From: Dehalococcoidia bacterium
GTDB taxonomy: Bacteria > Chloroflexota > Dehalococcoidia > GIF9 > UBA5629
DNA: 61,650 bases
Direction: 5' to 3'
Assembly (NCBI GenBank): GCA_028716085.1
Contig: JAQUQM010000001.1
Coordinates: 1 to 61,650, forward strand
This document shows positions 8,267 through 17,460 of this stretch, one piece after another (the first letter of the stretch is position 1; every line of letters starts with the position of its first letter). The position numbers and the translations under genes are program-made. Below the pieces are notes generated by a model. The model was given only the letters and a program-made list of their open reading frames with translations, was not told the DNA's origin and did not search any database.

Positions 8267-8422
8267 ATGCAGAACTCATTCAGCTGTTATAAGTGCGGGG
8301 CCCAGAATTCCATAGGGGCTCCTTATTGCAAGAAATGTGGGTAAAAGTTTAATTATTCATGCCCGGTATGCAATTCAAAAGTTAGTGCCAGTGATCGTAA
8401 CTGCCAGTATTGCGGGAACGTA
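8267..8422 (+). other. Double zinc-ribbon coding remnant, in frame with the downstream ORF but interrupted by TAA at 8342-8344
   Basis: ATG 8267 encodes MQNSFSCYKCGAQNSIGAPYCKKCG, then a stop, then KFNYSCPVCNSKVSASDRNCQYCGNVL. This is the same reading phase as 8423..9232. Confidence 0.45.
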
Positions 8423-9232
8423 TTGACATGGTTTCCAAAACAGCAACAAGCAGAAGATAAGAAACTGGGATCTACCGATCTTTCCCCACAGAAAAAATCA
8501 CCGGTACCGCTATTGTTGGGAATAGTACTGATTCTCGTTGTCATCGGGGCTGGTATATATTTTCTAATCAAGCTGTTTGAAAAACCCGGGCAGCCTGTTG
8601 TCATTGATAATACGACACCAGATAATCCCGTTGAACGGGTAATCGCGGATACCACTGCACCGCAAATCAGTGATATTAAAGTAATCAATCTTAATTACAA
8701 TTCTGTCGAAATACAGTGGAATACGGATGAGCTGTCTACGAGCCAGGTGTATTATCGGGAAAAAAGCGACTACTCACAGCCGACATCATCAAAAGAAGCT
8801 ATGGTTAAGCAGCATTCCATCGTATTGGCTGAACTTAAAACCAAGACCAGTTACTTTTATCAAGTCAGATCAATGGATGCGGCCGGAAATGAAGCAATTT
8901 CCGAAGAAAAATCTTTCGATATCGGCCTGCAGCCCGGCACCAGCAAGATAGAAATACTGGACACAAGATGGTCATCTGAAGAACATCCACCGGAGACCAA
9001 GACCTATATTAAAGGCCAGATTAGAAACACCGGTGACACGGTTTTGAATATAAAAGATATTGAGGTGATTCTTACGATAGAAATAGCCGGCAAACCAGGT
9101 TTAAGTGAAGTAATTGCCCCTCTGGATAGCTATCCATTAGAAATCAGTCCCGGAAGTACACATGGCTTTTCAGCTTTAGTTCCCAACGGAACGAGCCCTC
9201 ACTACACCGTTAATGCCAGAGTAATTAAGTAG
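8423..9232 (+). CDS. Membrane-anchored protein with Fn3-like and CARDB-like extracytoplasmic domains (possibly the 3' part of an interrupted zinc-ribbon gene)
   Basis: TTG start in the ORF track. One TM segment (PLLLGIVLILVVIGAGIYFLI). ISDIKVINLNYNSVEIQWNTDELSTSQVYY...YFYQVRSMDAAGN resembles an Fn3/PAP-N-like repeat. Confidence 0.6.
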   Translation: MTWFPKQQQAEDKKLGSTDLSPQKKSPVPLLLGIVLILVVIGAGIYFLIKLFEKPGQPVVIDNTTPDNPVERVIADTTAPQISDIKVINLNYNSVEIQWNTDELSTSQVYYREKSDYSQPTSSKEAMVKQHSIVLAELKTKTSYFYQVRSMDAAGNEAISEEKSFDIGLQPGTSKIEILDTRWSSEEHPPETKTYIKGQIRNTGDTVLNIKDIEVILTIEIAGKPGLSEVIAPLDSYPLEISPGSTHGFSALVPNGTSPHYTVNARVIK

Positions 9233-9247
9233 TAATTGCTGCTGAAT

Positions 9248-9814
9248 TTAACCGCCGGGTCTGACAAGTGGAACACCTTCAGCGCATAGCGGACACTCAT
9301 CAGGCCGATATGTTGGAGTTTCTGATTTCAAGCAGCTAAAAAGAGGAACCCCGATATCAATATGTTTATCGGAGCGGTCAACCAATACTCCGGCACCAAT
9401 GACATTTCCCCCCATCTGTTTAACGGCATCGATTACTTCGAGTACTGAGCCGCCTGTTGTAAAGATATCATCCACAACCAGGACTCTCTCATTCGGTTTT
9501 ATCTGGAAACCACGGCGAAAAATACGTCTATTACCCTCTTTCTCCGCAAAGATACTTCTCACTCGAAGGTATCTGGCGGTAACATATGCCAGTATCACTC
9601 CGCCTGTCGTTGGCCCGGCGACAAGCTGGATATTTACCTTTTTATAGTGTTTAGCGATAAGGCGACATAACTGTTCAGTGAATTCTGGGTATTGGAGCAC
9701 ACTGAATTTTTCCCAATAATGGGGCGAATGCAATCCTGAAGTTAGCAAAAAATGTCCTTCCAGTAATGCCCCGGTTTTTTTAAATATCTCTAAAACTGCT
9801 TGAGACATAAGCAC
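9248..9814 (-). CDS. pyrE: Orotate phosphoribosyltransferase
   Basis: GHFLLTSGLHS and the PRPP-binding VLVVDDIFTTGGS motif. An alternative ATG is at 9808. Confidence 0.9.
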   Translation of the reverse strand: MLMSQAVLEIFKKTGALLEGHFLLTSGLHSPHYWEKFSVLQYPEFTEQLCRLIAKHYKKVNIQLVAGPTTGGVILAYVTARYLRVRSIFAEKEGNRRIFRRGFQIKPNERVLVVDDIFTTGGSVLEVIDAVKQMGGNVIGAGVLVDRSDKHIDIGVPLFSCLKSETPTYRPDECPLCAEGVPLVRPGG

Positions 9815-10353
9815 CTATCAGGCTGGAAAGTTGCTTTCCCAATATATGAAGAAGTATGCTGGACAATTCGCCATCTATCAGGCGGCCAATATACCAGCCA
9901 GGCTTGGCCTATAACGTTTTCTATCGGTACAGTCCAGCCATTATGTGAGTCATCGCTATTATTACGGTCGTCACCTAGTACGAAATACGTGTTGGGCGCA
10001 ATCGTTTGCTCAAACATGGTATATCTAGGCTGCTCCAGGATATACGGCTCATTCAAAACCTGCCCATTAACCAGTACCTTTCCTTTCTTCACTTCGACAC
10101 TGTCCCCCGGAATGGCAATAACACGTTTTATCAGGTCTTCCTGGTGCCGTGGAGAGTAAAAGATAATAATATCTCCCCGTTTGGGGATACCGAATTTATA
10201 CGCAAGCTTATTTAAAATGATGTGATCGCCAGGTTGGATAGTAGGCAACATCGAAATATTATAGACTTTAAAACTCTTAATTGTGATTTGAAGTGAACAA
10301 TATATAACAACTGCAATCAGCAGTGTGATCACCATTTCGCGAAAGATCCTCAA
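9790..10353 (-). CDS. lepB: Signal peptidase I
   Basis: N-terminal TM segment, catalytic SMLPT and KRVIAIPGD boxes, and GDDRNNSDDS. Confidence 0.9.
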   Translation of the reverse strand: MRIFREMVITLLIAVVIYCSLQITIKSFKVYNISMLPTIQPGDHIILNKLAYKFGIPKRGDIIIFYSPRHQEDLIKRVIAIPGDSVEVKKGKVLVNGQVLNEPYILEQPRYTMFEQTIAPNTYFVLGDDRNNSDDSHNGWTVPIENVIGQAWLVYWPPDRWRIVQHTSSYIGKATFQPDRCLCLKQF

Positions 10354-10566
10354 TTTAGGTCACCATATCTTTTTTACGGAAAATCCAAAAAATTATAAGA
10401 TAAATTTGAATTTTATGCTAATAAGGCCGAATAAAAACATTATTGCGTTGATCGATTGACAATTAATTGATTTATTTGGGAATTAAGTTTAAGATTTTTC
10501 CCATAGCTGATGTACCGGGTTATGCGGGATCAGTTGAAGGACCAAGTATAAGTTAGGAGGACAGGT

Positions 10567-11376
10567 ATGAAAAAGACCGTGTTATTACCAGCCATAATTT
10601 TGTTAACTACTTTAACTTTATTATTCGGGCAAGCCTGCACACCGGAAAAGAGCAGCCCTTTACCGTTGTCAGAAGTGAGCAAAGTATTAGCTGCAAGTGA
10701 CCTCGCGGCATTACCAGGAATCATTATAAGCCAGCAAAATGTCGGATTGTGGGTGAATGGATTAGGAAAAACAACGGCAGCACCTGACATTGTACTTTTA
10801 TCCATAGGAGTAGAATCTCAACAACGCACGGTAGCTGAAGCGCAGAAAGAAGCTGTTGAAGCTATGGGGCGGATCATGAATGTCTTGAAAAATAGTGGAA
10901 TTGCTGACAAGGACATCCAGACCACGCAGTTCGACATTCAGCAGGTTACTCAGTGGGATGATAAACAGCGCACCCAGATTATCCTCGGTTACAGTGTAAC
11001 GAATACTGTGCAGGCCAAGATCAGAAGTGTAGATAAGGCAGGGGCAGTTATTGACAGTGCGGCAGAGTCAGGCGGCGATCTTATCAGGATAAATGGAATT
11101 AGCTTTACAGTTGACGATCCTACTCCATTCTATAAAATAGCGCGTGAAAAAGCAGTGCAATACGCGATGGAAAAAGCCAAGCAGATATCTCAGGTATCCG
11201 GTATTAATCTGGGCAAGGTACTCTACGTCTCTGAAGGCAGTGTCTATACTACTCCAATGCGGCAAAATTATATGAAGTATTCAGCAACCGATATGGCACC
11301 CGCGGCTCCGACTCCTATTAGCGCAGGCGAACTGGAATTTCAAGTTTCGGTGGATATGGTATACGAAATAAACTGA
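10567..11376 (+). CDS. SIMPL/DUF541-domain lipoprotein
   Basis: SD AGGAGG. Signal peptide with a lipobox-like GQAC. Layout typical of the 26-kDa periplasmic immunogenic protein family. Confidence 0.75.
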   Translation: MKKTVLLPAIILLTTLTLLFGQACTPEKSSPLPLSEVSKVLAASDLAALPGIIISQQNVGLWVNGLGKTTAAPDIVLLSIGVESQQRTVAEAQKEAVEAMGRIMNVLKNSGIADKDIQTTQFDIQQVTQWDDKQRTQIILGYSVTNTVQAKIRSVDKAGAVIDSAAESGGDLIRINGISFTVDDPTPFYKIAREKAVQYAMEKAKQISQVSGINLGKVLYVSEGSVYTTPMRQNYMKYSATDMAPAAPTPISAGELEFQVSVDMVYEIN

Positions 11377-11654
11377 AAAATATCCTTTATATTTTGACAC
11401 TAACGATCATTCAGGAGGACAAAGCTGTTTGCGAAGAACTAAAACCGGGTGTTAAAATGAACTCGCAATATTGATTTGGAAGCGGCAATATTCCATTCTT
11501 CCTTTCTATTCCGAATTTGTCATTCTAGGATCAGATATCTGACGAGAATATTTTTGCTTCTATTGCAGGCCTGGTAAGGTACTAATTAGAAATGACTGCT
11601 TTATAAACAGAAATTGGCCGAATAATTGGTATTGACGATTGTTGTAAATATAGA

Positions 11655-12764
11655 ATGCTAAGCAGACCTCCTGATTACATGGCGTATTCCCTATCGCTGG
11701 CTGAGCTGGCCTTGGGATACACTAGCCCCAATCCTGCAGTAGGCGCGGTTGTGGTTAGGGATGGAATTGTTGTCGGATTAGGCCATACACAGCAACCTGG
11801 ATTGGAGCACGCTGAAGTAAAGGCATTAAACCAAGCTGGTGAGATGGCTCGCGGAGCAGCCATGTATGTCACGCTGGAGCCATGCTGCCATTTTGGTAAA
11901 ACGCCGCCTTGTATCGATGCAATAATAAATGCAGGCGTTTCAGAAGTGCATATTGCTGTTATTGATCCGAATCCGATGGTTGCTGGCAAAGGAATCAAGG
12001 CACTGGAGGAAGCGGGTGTAAAAACCTATCTGGGAGAATACGAACAGAAGGCAAAGGAGATAAACGAAGGGTATTTTAAATATATCACTTCCGGGATCCC
12101 GTTTGTCGTTGCAAAATTCGCTATGAGTATAGACGGAAAAATTGCCACAAAAATCGGTGACTCAAAGTGGATAACGAGTGAAGAAGCCAGGAACTACGCG
12201 CACGGCCAGCGTCATGTCGTTGATGCTATTATGGTAGGTGCTAACACTATTATCATGGATGACCCAAAGCTCACTACCAGGGGTTACAGTGGGAAAGGGG
12301 GCAGAGCAAAGCTGCAGCCGTTAAGGGTTATTGTTGACGGTGAAGGAAGGGTTCCACCTTCTTCACGCATATTTTCTGAGCCGGGTAAGACTTTGGTGGC
12401 AGTGTCGGACAAATACGTGAATAGGGATAAGTTTAGTATTAAACGCGAAGGGACTGAATATGTAGCCGTTAAATCCCAGAACGGTTTGATTGATTTGAAA
12501 GAGTTGCTGAGGCTGCTGGGTCAGCGCCAGATTACCACTGTAATGATTGAAGGCGGCAGTAGATTGCTCGGTTCGTTTTTTGATCAGCATCTCGTAGACA
12601 AAATCCTTGCTTTTATCGCGCCTATAATTATTGGAGGTCAGGAAGCTAAGACCGCAGTTGGTGGAACGGGCGTCGAGAAGGTTATCGATGCGCTTCACCT
12701 GCATAGAATAAAAATTGAACGTTTTGAAGATGATTTGCTGATCAGTGGTTATACTGCAGAGTAG
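11655..12764 (+). CDS. ribD: Bifunctional riboflavin biosynthesis deaminase/reductase
   Basis: SPNPAVGAVVV, HAEV and PCCHFGKTPPC deaminase motifs, plus a C-terminal reductase domain. Confidence 0.92.
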   Translation: MLSRPPDYMAYSLSLAELALGYTSPNPAVGAVVVRDGIVVGLGHTQQPGLEHAEVKALNQAGEMARGAAMYVTLEPCCHFGKTPPCIDAIINAGVSEVHIAVIDPNPMVAGKGIKALEEAGVKTYLGEYEQKAKEINEGYFKYITSGIPFVVAKFAMSIDGKIATKIGDSKWITSEEARNYAHGQRHVVDAIMVGANTIIMDDPKLTTRGYSGKGGRAKLQPLRVIVDGEGRVPPSSRIFSEPGKTLVAVSDKYVNRDKFSIKREGTEYVAVKSQNGLIDLKELLRLLGQRQITTVMIEGGSRLLGSFFDQHLVDKILAFIAPIIIGGQEAKTAVGGTGVEKVIDALHLHRIKIERFEDDLLISGYTAE

Positions 12765-12769
12765 ATTTT

Positions 12770-13402
12770 ATGTTTACAGGAATAGTCGAAGAGATAGGAT
12801 CAATAAAAAGCGCTGCCAAAGGCAGTCTTCTAATCGAAGGCAACAAGGTACTGGCAGACCTGGAATTGGGGGGCAGCATAGCAGTAAACGGCGTTTGCCT
12901 CACGGTGATTAAAATTGAGCAGAGAAGTTTCGCGGTTGAGATAATGCCGGAAACAAGAAGATTAACAAATCTGGGTAATATACATATAGGGGATAAGGTC
13001 AATCTGGAACGCGCTCTGTCAACACAGGGACGTCTGGGCGGCCATTTTGTTCAGGGCCATGTAGACGGGATAGGGAAATTCATCTCTTTGATTCCACAGG
13101 AGGAGGCGGTAATAGCAAATATCAGTGCCCCTCTCGAAGTGACGAGATATCTGGTAAAAAAATGCTTTATTGCGGTAAATGGAGTGAGCCTGACTGTAAT
13201 TGACTGCGGGCAGTCGTCTTTTGCTGTATCACTGGTCACTTATTCCAGGAAAAACACTAATCTGGGCAATATGAAGAGTGGGGAGAGAGTCAATCTGGAG
13301 GTTGACATAATTGCCAAATACATCGAAAAGTTTTATACTGCCAAGAGTCAGGAAGATTTAACATCTCTGCTCTACGAGTATGATTATTTAAAAGCGAGGT
13401 AA
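12770..13402 (+). CDS. ribE: Riboflavin synthase alpha chain
   Basis: MFTGIVEEIG N-terminus and duplicated lumazine-binding repeats (GGSIAVNGVCLTV / CFIAVNGVSLTV). Confidence 0.92.
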   Translation: MFTGIVEEIGSIKSAAKGSLLIEGNKVLADLELGGSIAVNGVCLTVIKIEQRSFAVEIMPETRRLTNLGNIHIGDKVNLERALSTQGRLGGHFVQGHVDGIGKFISLIPQEEAVIANISAPLEVTRYLVKKCFIAVNGVSLTVIDCGQSSFAVSLVTYSRKNTNLGNMKSGERVNLEVDIIAKYIEKFYTAKSQEDLTSLLYEYDYLKAR

Positions 13403-13405
13403 ACA

Positions 13406-14614
13406 TTGATGTCACTATCACCAGTTCCCGAAATAATTGAAGATATTAAGACAGGGAAATTCGTAATTATTGTTGACGACGAAAACAGAGAGAATGAGGG
13501 TGATCTGGCTATTGCGGCGGAGAAAATCTCTGCAGAGGCGATCAACTTTATGGCAACACATGCACGCGGTTTGATTTGTTTGCCCATTATCAGCCGAAGA
13601 CTGGATGAACTTCAAATTCCCCCTATGGTACAGGAAAATACATCGAAATTTACCACAGCCTTTGCGGTTTCTATTGAAGCAAAAAACAGGACTACCAGCG
13701 GGATATCAGCATATGATCGATCTGCAACAGTTAAAGCAGTAATTGATAGTAAAACAAAAGCCGAAGATATTGCTAGGCCAGGGCATATGTTCCCGTTAAG
13801 AGCAAGAGAGGGAGGCGTCTTGGTACGTGCAGGTCATACTGAGGCAATTGTTGATCTAGCCCGCATGGCCGGACTATATCCGGCCGGTGTAATCTGTGAG
13901 ATATTAAATCCAGACGGGACCATGGCGAGATTACCGCAACTGGAGTCCATAGCAGAAAAATTCAGCATTAAAATTGTTAGTATTGCCGATTTGATCACTT
14001 ATCGCAGGAAAAATGAACGGCTGGTCCAAAAAGTGGCTGAAGCCAAATTCCCTACGATTTACGGGGATTTTACAATCATGGCATATAAAAGTACCGTGGA
14101 TGCCGATGAGCATATAGCTTTAATAAAAGGTGATTTGACGGTAAGCAAACCCACGTTAGTGCGCGTGCATAGCGAGTGTGTTACTGGCGACGTTTTCGGC
14201 AGTCTCAGATGTGATTGCGGCGAACAGGTTCGCAAAGCAATGGCGATGATTGCAGAAGAAGAGCGAGGAGTTTTCCTTTACATGAGGCAGGAGGGAAGGG
14301 GTATCGGTATACACAATAAACTAAAAGCATATGAACTACAGGATAAGGGCCTGGACACTGTAGAAGCTAATCTTGCTCTAGGTTTTGAACCCGATCTCAG
14401 AGATTACGGCATTGGAGCACAGATACTAGCAGACCTGGGTCTGCATGAGATTCGCTTGTTGACAAATAATCCCAAGAAAATTATTGGCCTGGAAAGCTAT
14501 GGGTTGAAGGTGCTTGAAAGCGTAAGGTTGTTAACAGAGCCTACAGAGTATAATAAAAGTTATTTAAAAACCAAGCAGGAAAAAATGGGTCATTTGCTGG
14601 CTATTGATGAATAG
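13406..14614 (+). CDS. ribBA: Bifunctional 3,4-dihydroxy-2-butanone-4-phosphate synthase / GTP cyclohydrolase II
   Basis: DDENRENEGDL (DHBP synthase) and CDCG...REGRGIG (GCH II). An alternative ATG is at 13409. Confidence 0.92.
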   Translation: MMSLSPVPEIIEDIKTGKFVIIVDDENRENEGDLAIAAEKISAEAINFMATHARGLICLPIISRRLDELQIPPMVQENTSKFTTAFAVSIEAKNRTTSGISAYDRSATVKAVIDSKTKAEDIARPGHMFPLRAREGGVLVRAGHTEAIVDLARMAGLYPAGVICEILNPDGTMARLPQLESIAEKFSIKIVSIADLITYRRKNERLVQKVAEAKFPTIYGDFTIMAYKSTVDADEHIALIKGDLTVSKPTLVRVHSECVTGDVFGSLRCDCGEQVRKAMAMIAEEERGVFLYMRQEGRGIGIHNKLKAYELQDKGLDTVEANLALGFEPDLRDYGIGAQILADLGLHEIRLLTNNPKKIIGLESYGLKVLESVRLLTEPTEYNKSYLKTKQEKMGHLLAIDE

Positions 14615-14644
14615 GAATATCTATGTAGTTTAAGGAGGTTGCCG

Positions 14645-15112
14645 ATGGCAAAAAGCTTTGAAGGTATATTGGTTGGCAAGGGATTAAAATTCGGTATAGT
14701 AATTTCTCGTTTCAATGAAATCATCACCGGCAGGCTGCTGGAAGGTGCTAAGGATTCGCTTTTACGCCACGGAGTGAGTGAGCAGGATATCGATATAGCC
14801 TGGACACCAGGTAGTCTGGAGATACCTTTAGTAGTTAAGAAACTTGTCGAGACAGGAAAATATAATGCTATTATATGTCTGGGGGCAGTTATACGTGGTG
14901 GAACACCTCATTTTGAATACGTGGCTTCGGAGGTCAATCGGGGCATCGCACGTTTAAGCCTGGAAACCGGGGTACCAGTTATTCAGGGTATTATTACGGC
15001 TGACACTCTTGAACAGGCAATTGAACGCGCAGGGGCTAAAGCGGGTAACCGGGGATTTAATGCCGCAACCAATGCAATTGAAATGGCAAATCTCGTTAAA
15101 AATATTGGCTGA
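14645..15112 (+). CDS. ribH: 6,7-dimethyl-8-ribityllumazine synthase
   Basis: SD AAGGAGG lies 7 nt upstream of ATG 14645. FGIVISRFN and [14 protein letters not shown] motifs. Confidence 0.92.
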   Translation: MAKSFEGILVGKGLKFGIVISRFNEIITGRLLEGAKDSLLRHGVSEQDIDIAWTPGSLEIPLVVKKLVETGKYNAIICLGAVIRGGTPHFEYVASEVNRGIARLSLETGVPVIQGIITADTLEQAIERAGAKAGNRGFNAATNAIEMANLVKNIG

Positions 15113-15118
15113 AAATAG

Positions 15119-15373
15119 TTAATCGGTTACTTTAAATACCTTATCACCATGCCGTACTTTGTCGGTGACTTTAATGCCGATTGCGTCTCCAGCTTTTGCC
15201 TCCGATACGTTCTGGTTGTGAATCTGCATTGATGTGACGACAACCTCCATATCGGTAGTGTGTCCCTTGATGTGTATTTTGTCTCCCGCTTTTAACTCTC
15301 CGGAAAGTTCCACAGCTGCTACAACCGGTCTTGCAAAAAAGTCAGAAATAACGCCAATTTCAACCTCTGCCAT
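15119..15373 (-). CDS. Stand-alone EF-Tu domain 2-like beta-barrel protein (84 aa)
   Basis: SD GGAGG. The sequence resembles the translation-factor domain II barrel (GDKIHIKG...AKAGDAIGIKV). Confidence 0.55.
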   Translation of the reverse strand: MAEVEIGVISDFFARPVVAAVELSGELKAGDKIHIKGHTTDMEVVVTSMQIHNQNVSEAKAGDAIGIKVTDKVRHGDKVFKVTD

Positions 15374-15476
15374 CTATTGAACCTCCGTCATGTATTTCAA
15401 ATCCACGATTTTAGTATATTGATAACCACTCAATAAATCAAGATGCAACCGATACACGTTATATATGTAAATTGAT

Positions 15477-15505
15477 TTGACAGTTGATGATGTTTAAGTT
15501 AAATT
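15477..15505 (+). promoter_or_regulatory. Candidate sigma70-like promoter (TTGACA-17-TAAATT)
   Basis: Read directly from the sequence, about 85 nt upstream of the NEW3-domain gene. Confidence 0.3.
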
Positions 15506-15590
15506 ATATCTTCGTTTGAGTAACGTAACTTGCCGTAAGTGTTTATCTCATTACTATTATGATCCTGATTAATATTGGAGGTCTGTGCTC

Positions 15591-16514
15591 ATGAATAAAT
15601 GCGGTATATCAATCGTTCTGATTTGCCTGTGCATATTATCTTTGGCAGTGAATCTGGTGATGATTTCACCTGCTATGGCTATACTGTCACAATCAAACGC
15701 AGATAGTTCACCAGTTGTATTTCAGGACGATGCTGAAAAAATCGAATTGACCTGCCAGTATCCGGTACTGAGCAGCTATGCCGGTGTAAATTATAGCTGG
15801 GATATCAGCGTTCTATATTCCGGAGGGAAGGAGCCTCGAACATTTGACTTAAAAGCAACCATTCCCGAAGGATTTAAGGCTCAAATAACACCCGGGTACG
15901 GTGGAACAGGTGGAGAAATCGCCGCAATTCGTCTTGATCCAACCAAAAGCTACCCGGAATCAATCAAACTGGTGGTAGTACCATATGTATGGCAAGTCCC
16001 AACACCCGGTAATTATCCGATTTCTTTTGAAGTTAGTTCCGGCGATATCAAGTCCAGTATAAATCTTACTGCTATTGTCACGGTTAACTATGACATGAAA
16101 ATCACCACTCCCGACGGCAGATTGAATACCGAAGCTACAGCCGGACAGGACAGCAATTTTACCGTTGTTATCAATAATACAGGGTCCGGAAATCTGGAAA
16201 AGGTTACCGTTGAATCCAGGTCCACTAACCGGCCCAGTGGTTGGACCGTTACATTTAATCCTGAAAAAATTGAATCGCTGCCTGCCGGTGAATCAAAAGA
16301 AGTACAGGTTACAATTAGGCCCACCGAGAAAACTATTGCCGGTGATTATATGCTGAGTGTTGAAGCTCAACCCGAAGCCAAGAATGCTTATGGTAATCTA
16401 CAGATAAGGGTTACTGCCCTGACACCTACGATTTGGGGATGGGTGGGAGTTGGCATAGTCGTATTAGTTGTACTGCTGCTGGCTGTGATGTTTATCAGAT
16501 TCGGGCGACGTTAA
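15591..16514 (+). CDS. Cell-surface protein with NEW3/CARDB-like domains, N-terminal signal/TM and C-terminal TM anchor (COG1470-like)
   Basis: GGAGG lies 9 nt upstream of ATG 15591. Repeated beta-sandwich-like segments (FTVVINNTGSGNLEKVTV...AGESKEVQVTIRP...AGDY). C-terminal WGWVGVGIVVLVVLLLAVMFIRFGRR. Confidence 0.6.
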   Translation: MNKCGISIVLICLCILSLAVNLVMISPAMAILSQSNADSSPVVFQDDAEKIELTCQYPVLSSYAGVNYSWDISVLYSGGKEPRTFDLKATIPEGFKAQITPGYGGTGGEIAAIRLDPTKSYPESIKLVVVPYVWQVPTPGNYPISFEVSSGDIKSSINLTAIVTVNYDMKITTPDGRLNTEATAGQDSNFTVVINNTGSGNLEKVTVESRSTNRPSGWTVTFNPEKIESLPAGESKEVQVTIRPTEKTIAGDYMLSVEAQPEAKNAYGNLQIRVTALTPTIWGWVGVGIVVLVVLLLAVMFIRFGRR

Positions 16515-16522
16515 CCAGGAAT

Positions 16523-17458
16523 ATGACCAACGATTTTGTAATTGAAACAAAGAACCTCAGCAGGTTGTATGGCAAGTTTATCGCGGTTGATAACCTCAAC
16601 CTGCAAATTGCCGAAGGTGAAATCTTTGGGCTGCTGGGTCCAAATGGGGCTGGAAAGACGACGTCCATACTTATGATTATGGGCCTTTCGGAGCCAACTT
16701 CCGGTACTGTCAGAGTGTGTGGATATAATCCGGCACGCGAACCGATCAAGGTTAAGCGTGTTGCAGGCTATTTGCCTGAAAAAGTGGGATTCTACGACGA
16801 CCTGACCGCCAGAGAAAACCTGGAGTATACAGGGAGATTAAACGGATTCCAGGATAAAGTAATTGCCGCCAAGATTACTGAAGTGCTGGAAAAAGTCGGT
16901 CTATCCTCTGTATCAGATCAGCTGGTGGGTAAATATTCCCATGGAATGAAACAACGTTTGGGCATTGCAGATGTAATGATAAAGAGTCCCAAAATAGCGG
17001 TTTTTGATGAACCGACATCGGGCATTGATCCTGAGGGAACTGAACAGGTCTTGAGTATTATTAAAGATATGGCAAAACAGAAAGTCACTGTATTGATATC
17101 GTCTCATCAATTACATCAAATACAGAAAATCTGTACACAGGTTGGCATATTTTCCAAAGGAAAATTGGTGGCAAGCGGATCAGTAGAAAAATTAGGCAGA
17201 GAAGCATTCAGAAAAGGCAAATTCAATATCATACTACCGATTTCACAGCCCACGGATAAATTGTTGGAAAATATTAAGTCCATAGACGGAGTAGTTGACA
17301 TAAATTGTGTGCATGATGCGACAGTGATTACTGCCTCTGAAGATGTTAGCAAAGAAGTCGAGAACGCAGTAGCTAGTACTACCGGCTTAAAGGTACAAAT
17401 GAAGGTCGAGGAATTTGAATTGGAAAAAGTATACATGGAGTATTTTAAAGAGTCTTAA
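16523..17458 (+). CDS. ABC transporter ATP-binding protein (ABC-2/CcmA-like) with an extra C-terminal domain
   Basis: Walker A GPNGAGKTT, signature YSHGMKQR, Walker B IAVFDEPTSGID. Start moved to ATG 16523, just after the upstream stop. Confidence 0.88.
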   Translation: MTNDFVIETKNLSRLYGKFIAVDNLNLQIAEGEIFGLLGPNGAGKTTSILMIMGLSEPTSGTVRVCGYNPAREPIKVKRVAGYLPEKVGFYDDLTARENLEYTGRLNGFQDKVIAAKITEVLEKVGLSSVSDQLVGKYSHGMKQRLGIADVMIKSPKIAVFDEPTSGIDPEGTEQVLSIIKDMAKQKVTVLISSHQLHQIQKICTQVGIFSKGKLVASGSVEKLGREAFRKGKFNIILPISQPTDKLLENIKSIDGVVDINCVHDATVITASEDVSKEVENAVASTTGLKVQMKVEEFELEKVYMEYFKES

Positions 17459-17460
17459 TC

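Noticed and set aside
8342-8344. Idea that TAA is reassigned to a sense codon genome-wide
   Set aside because: Other confident genes in the window terminate with TAA at the expected protein ends (for example the Fe-S oxidoreductase at 4559-4561 and ribE at 13400-13402). The interrupted zinc-ribbon gene is therefore a local event.
11531-11542. Perfect 12-bp palindrome TCAGATATCTGA upstream of ribD
   Set aside because: By simple probability, on the order of ten or more 12-bp perfect palindromes are expected in a window of this size, so alone it is not significant. It is mentioned only as context for the rib leader.
16433-16522. Upstream extension of the ABC ATPase ORF overlapping the NEW3 gene by about 80 nt
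   Set aside because: The extension comes from an alternative start in the ORF track. The conserved ATPase N-terminus begins at ATG 16523, immediately after the upstream stop.
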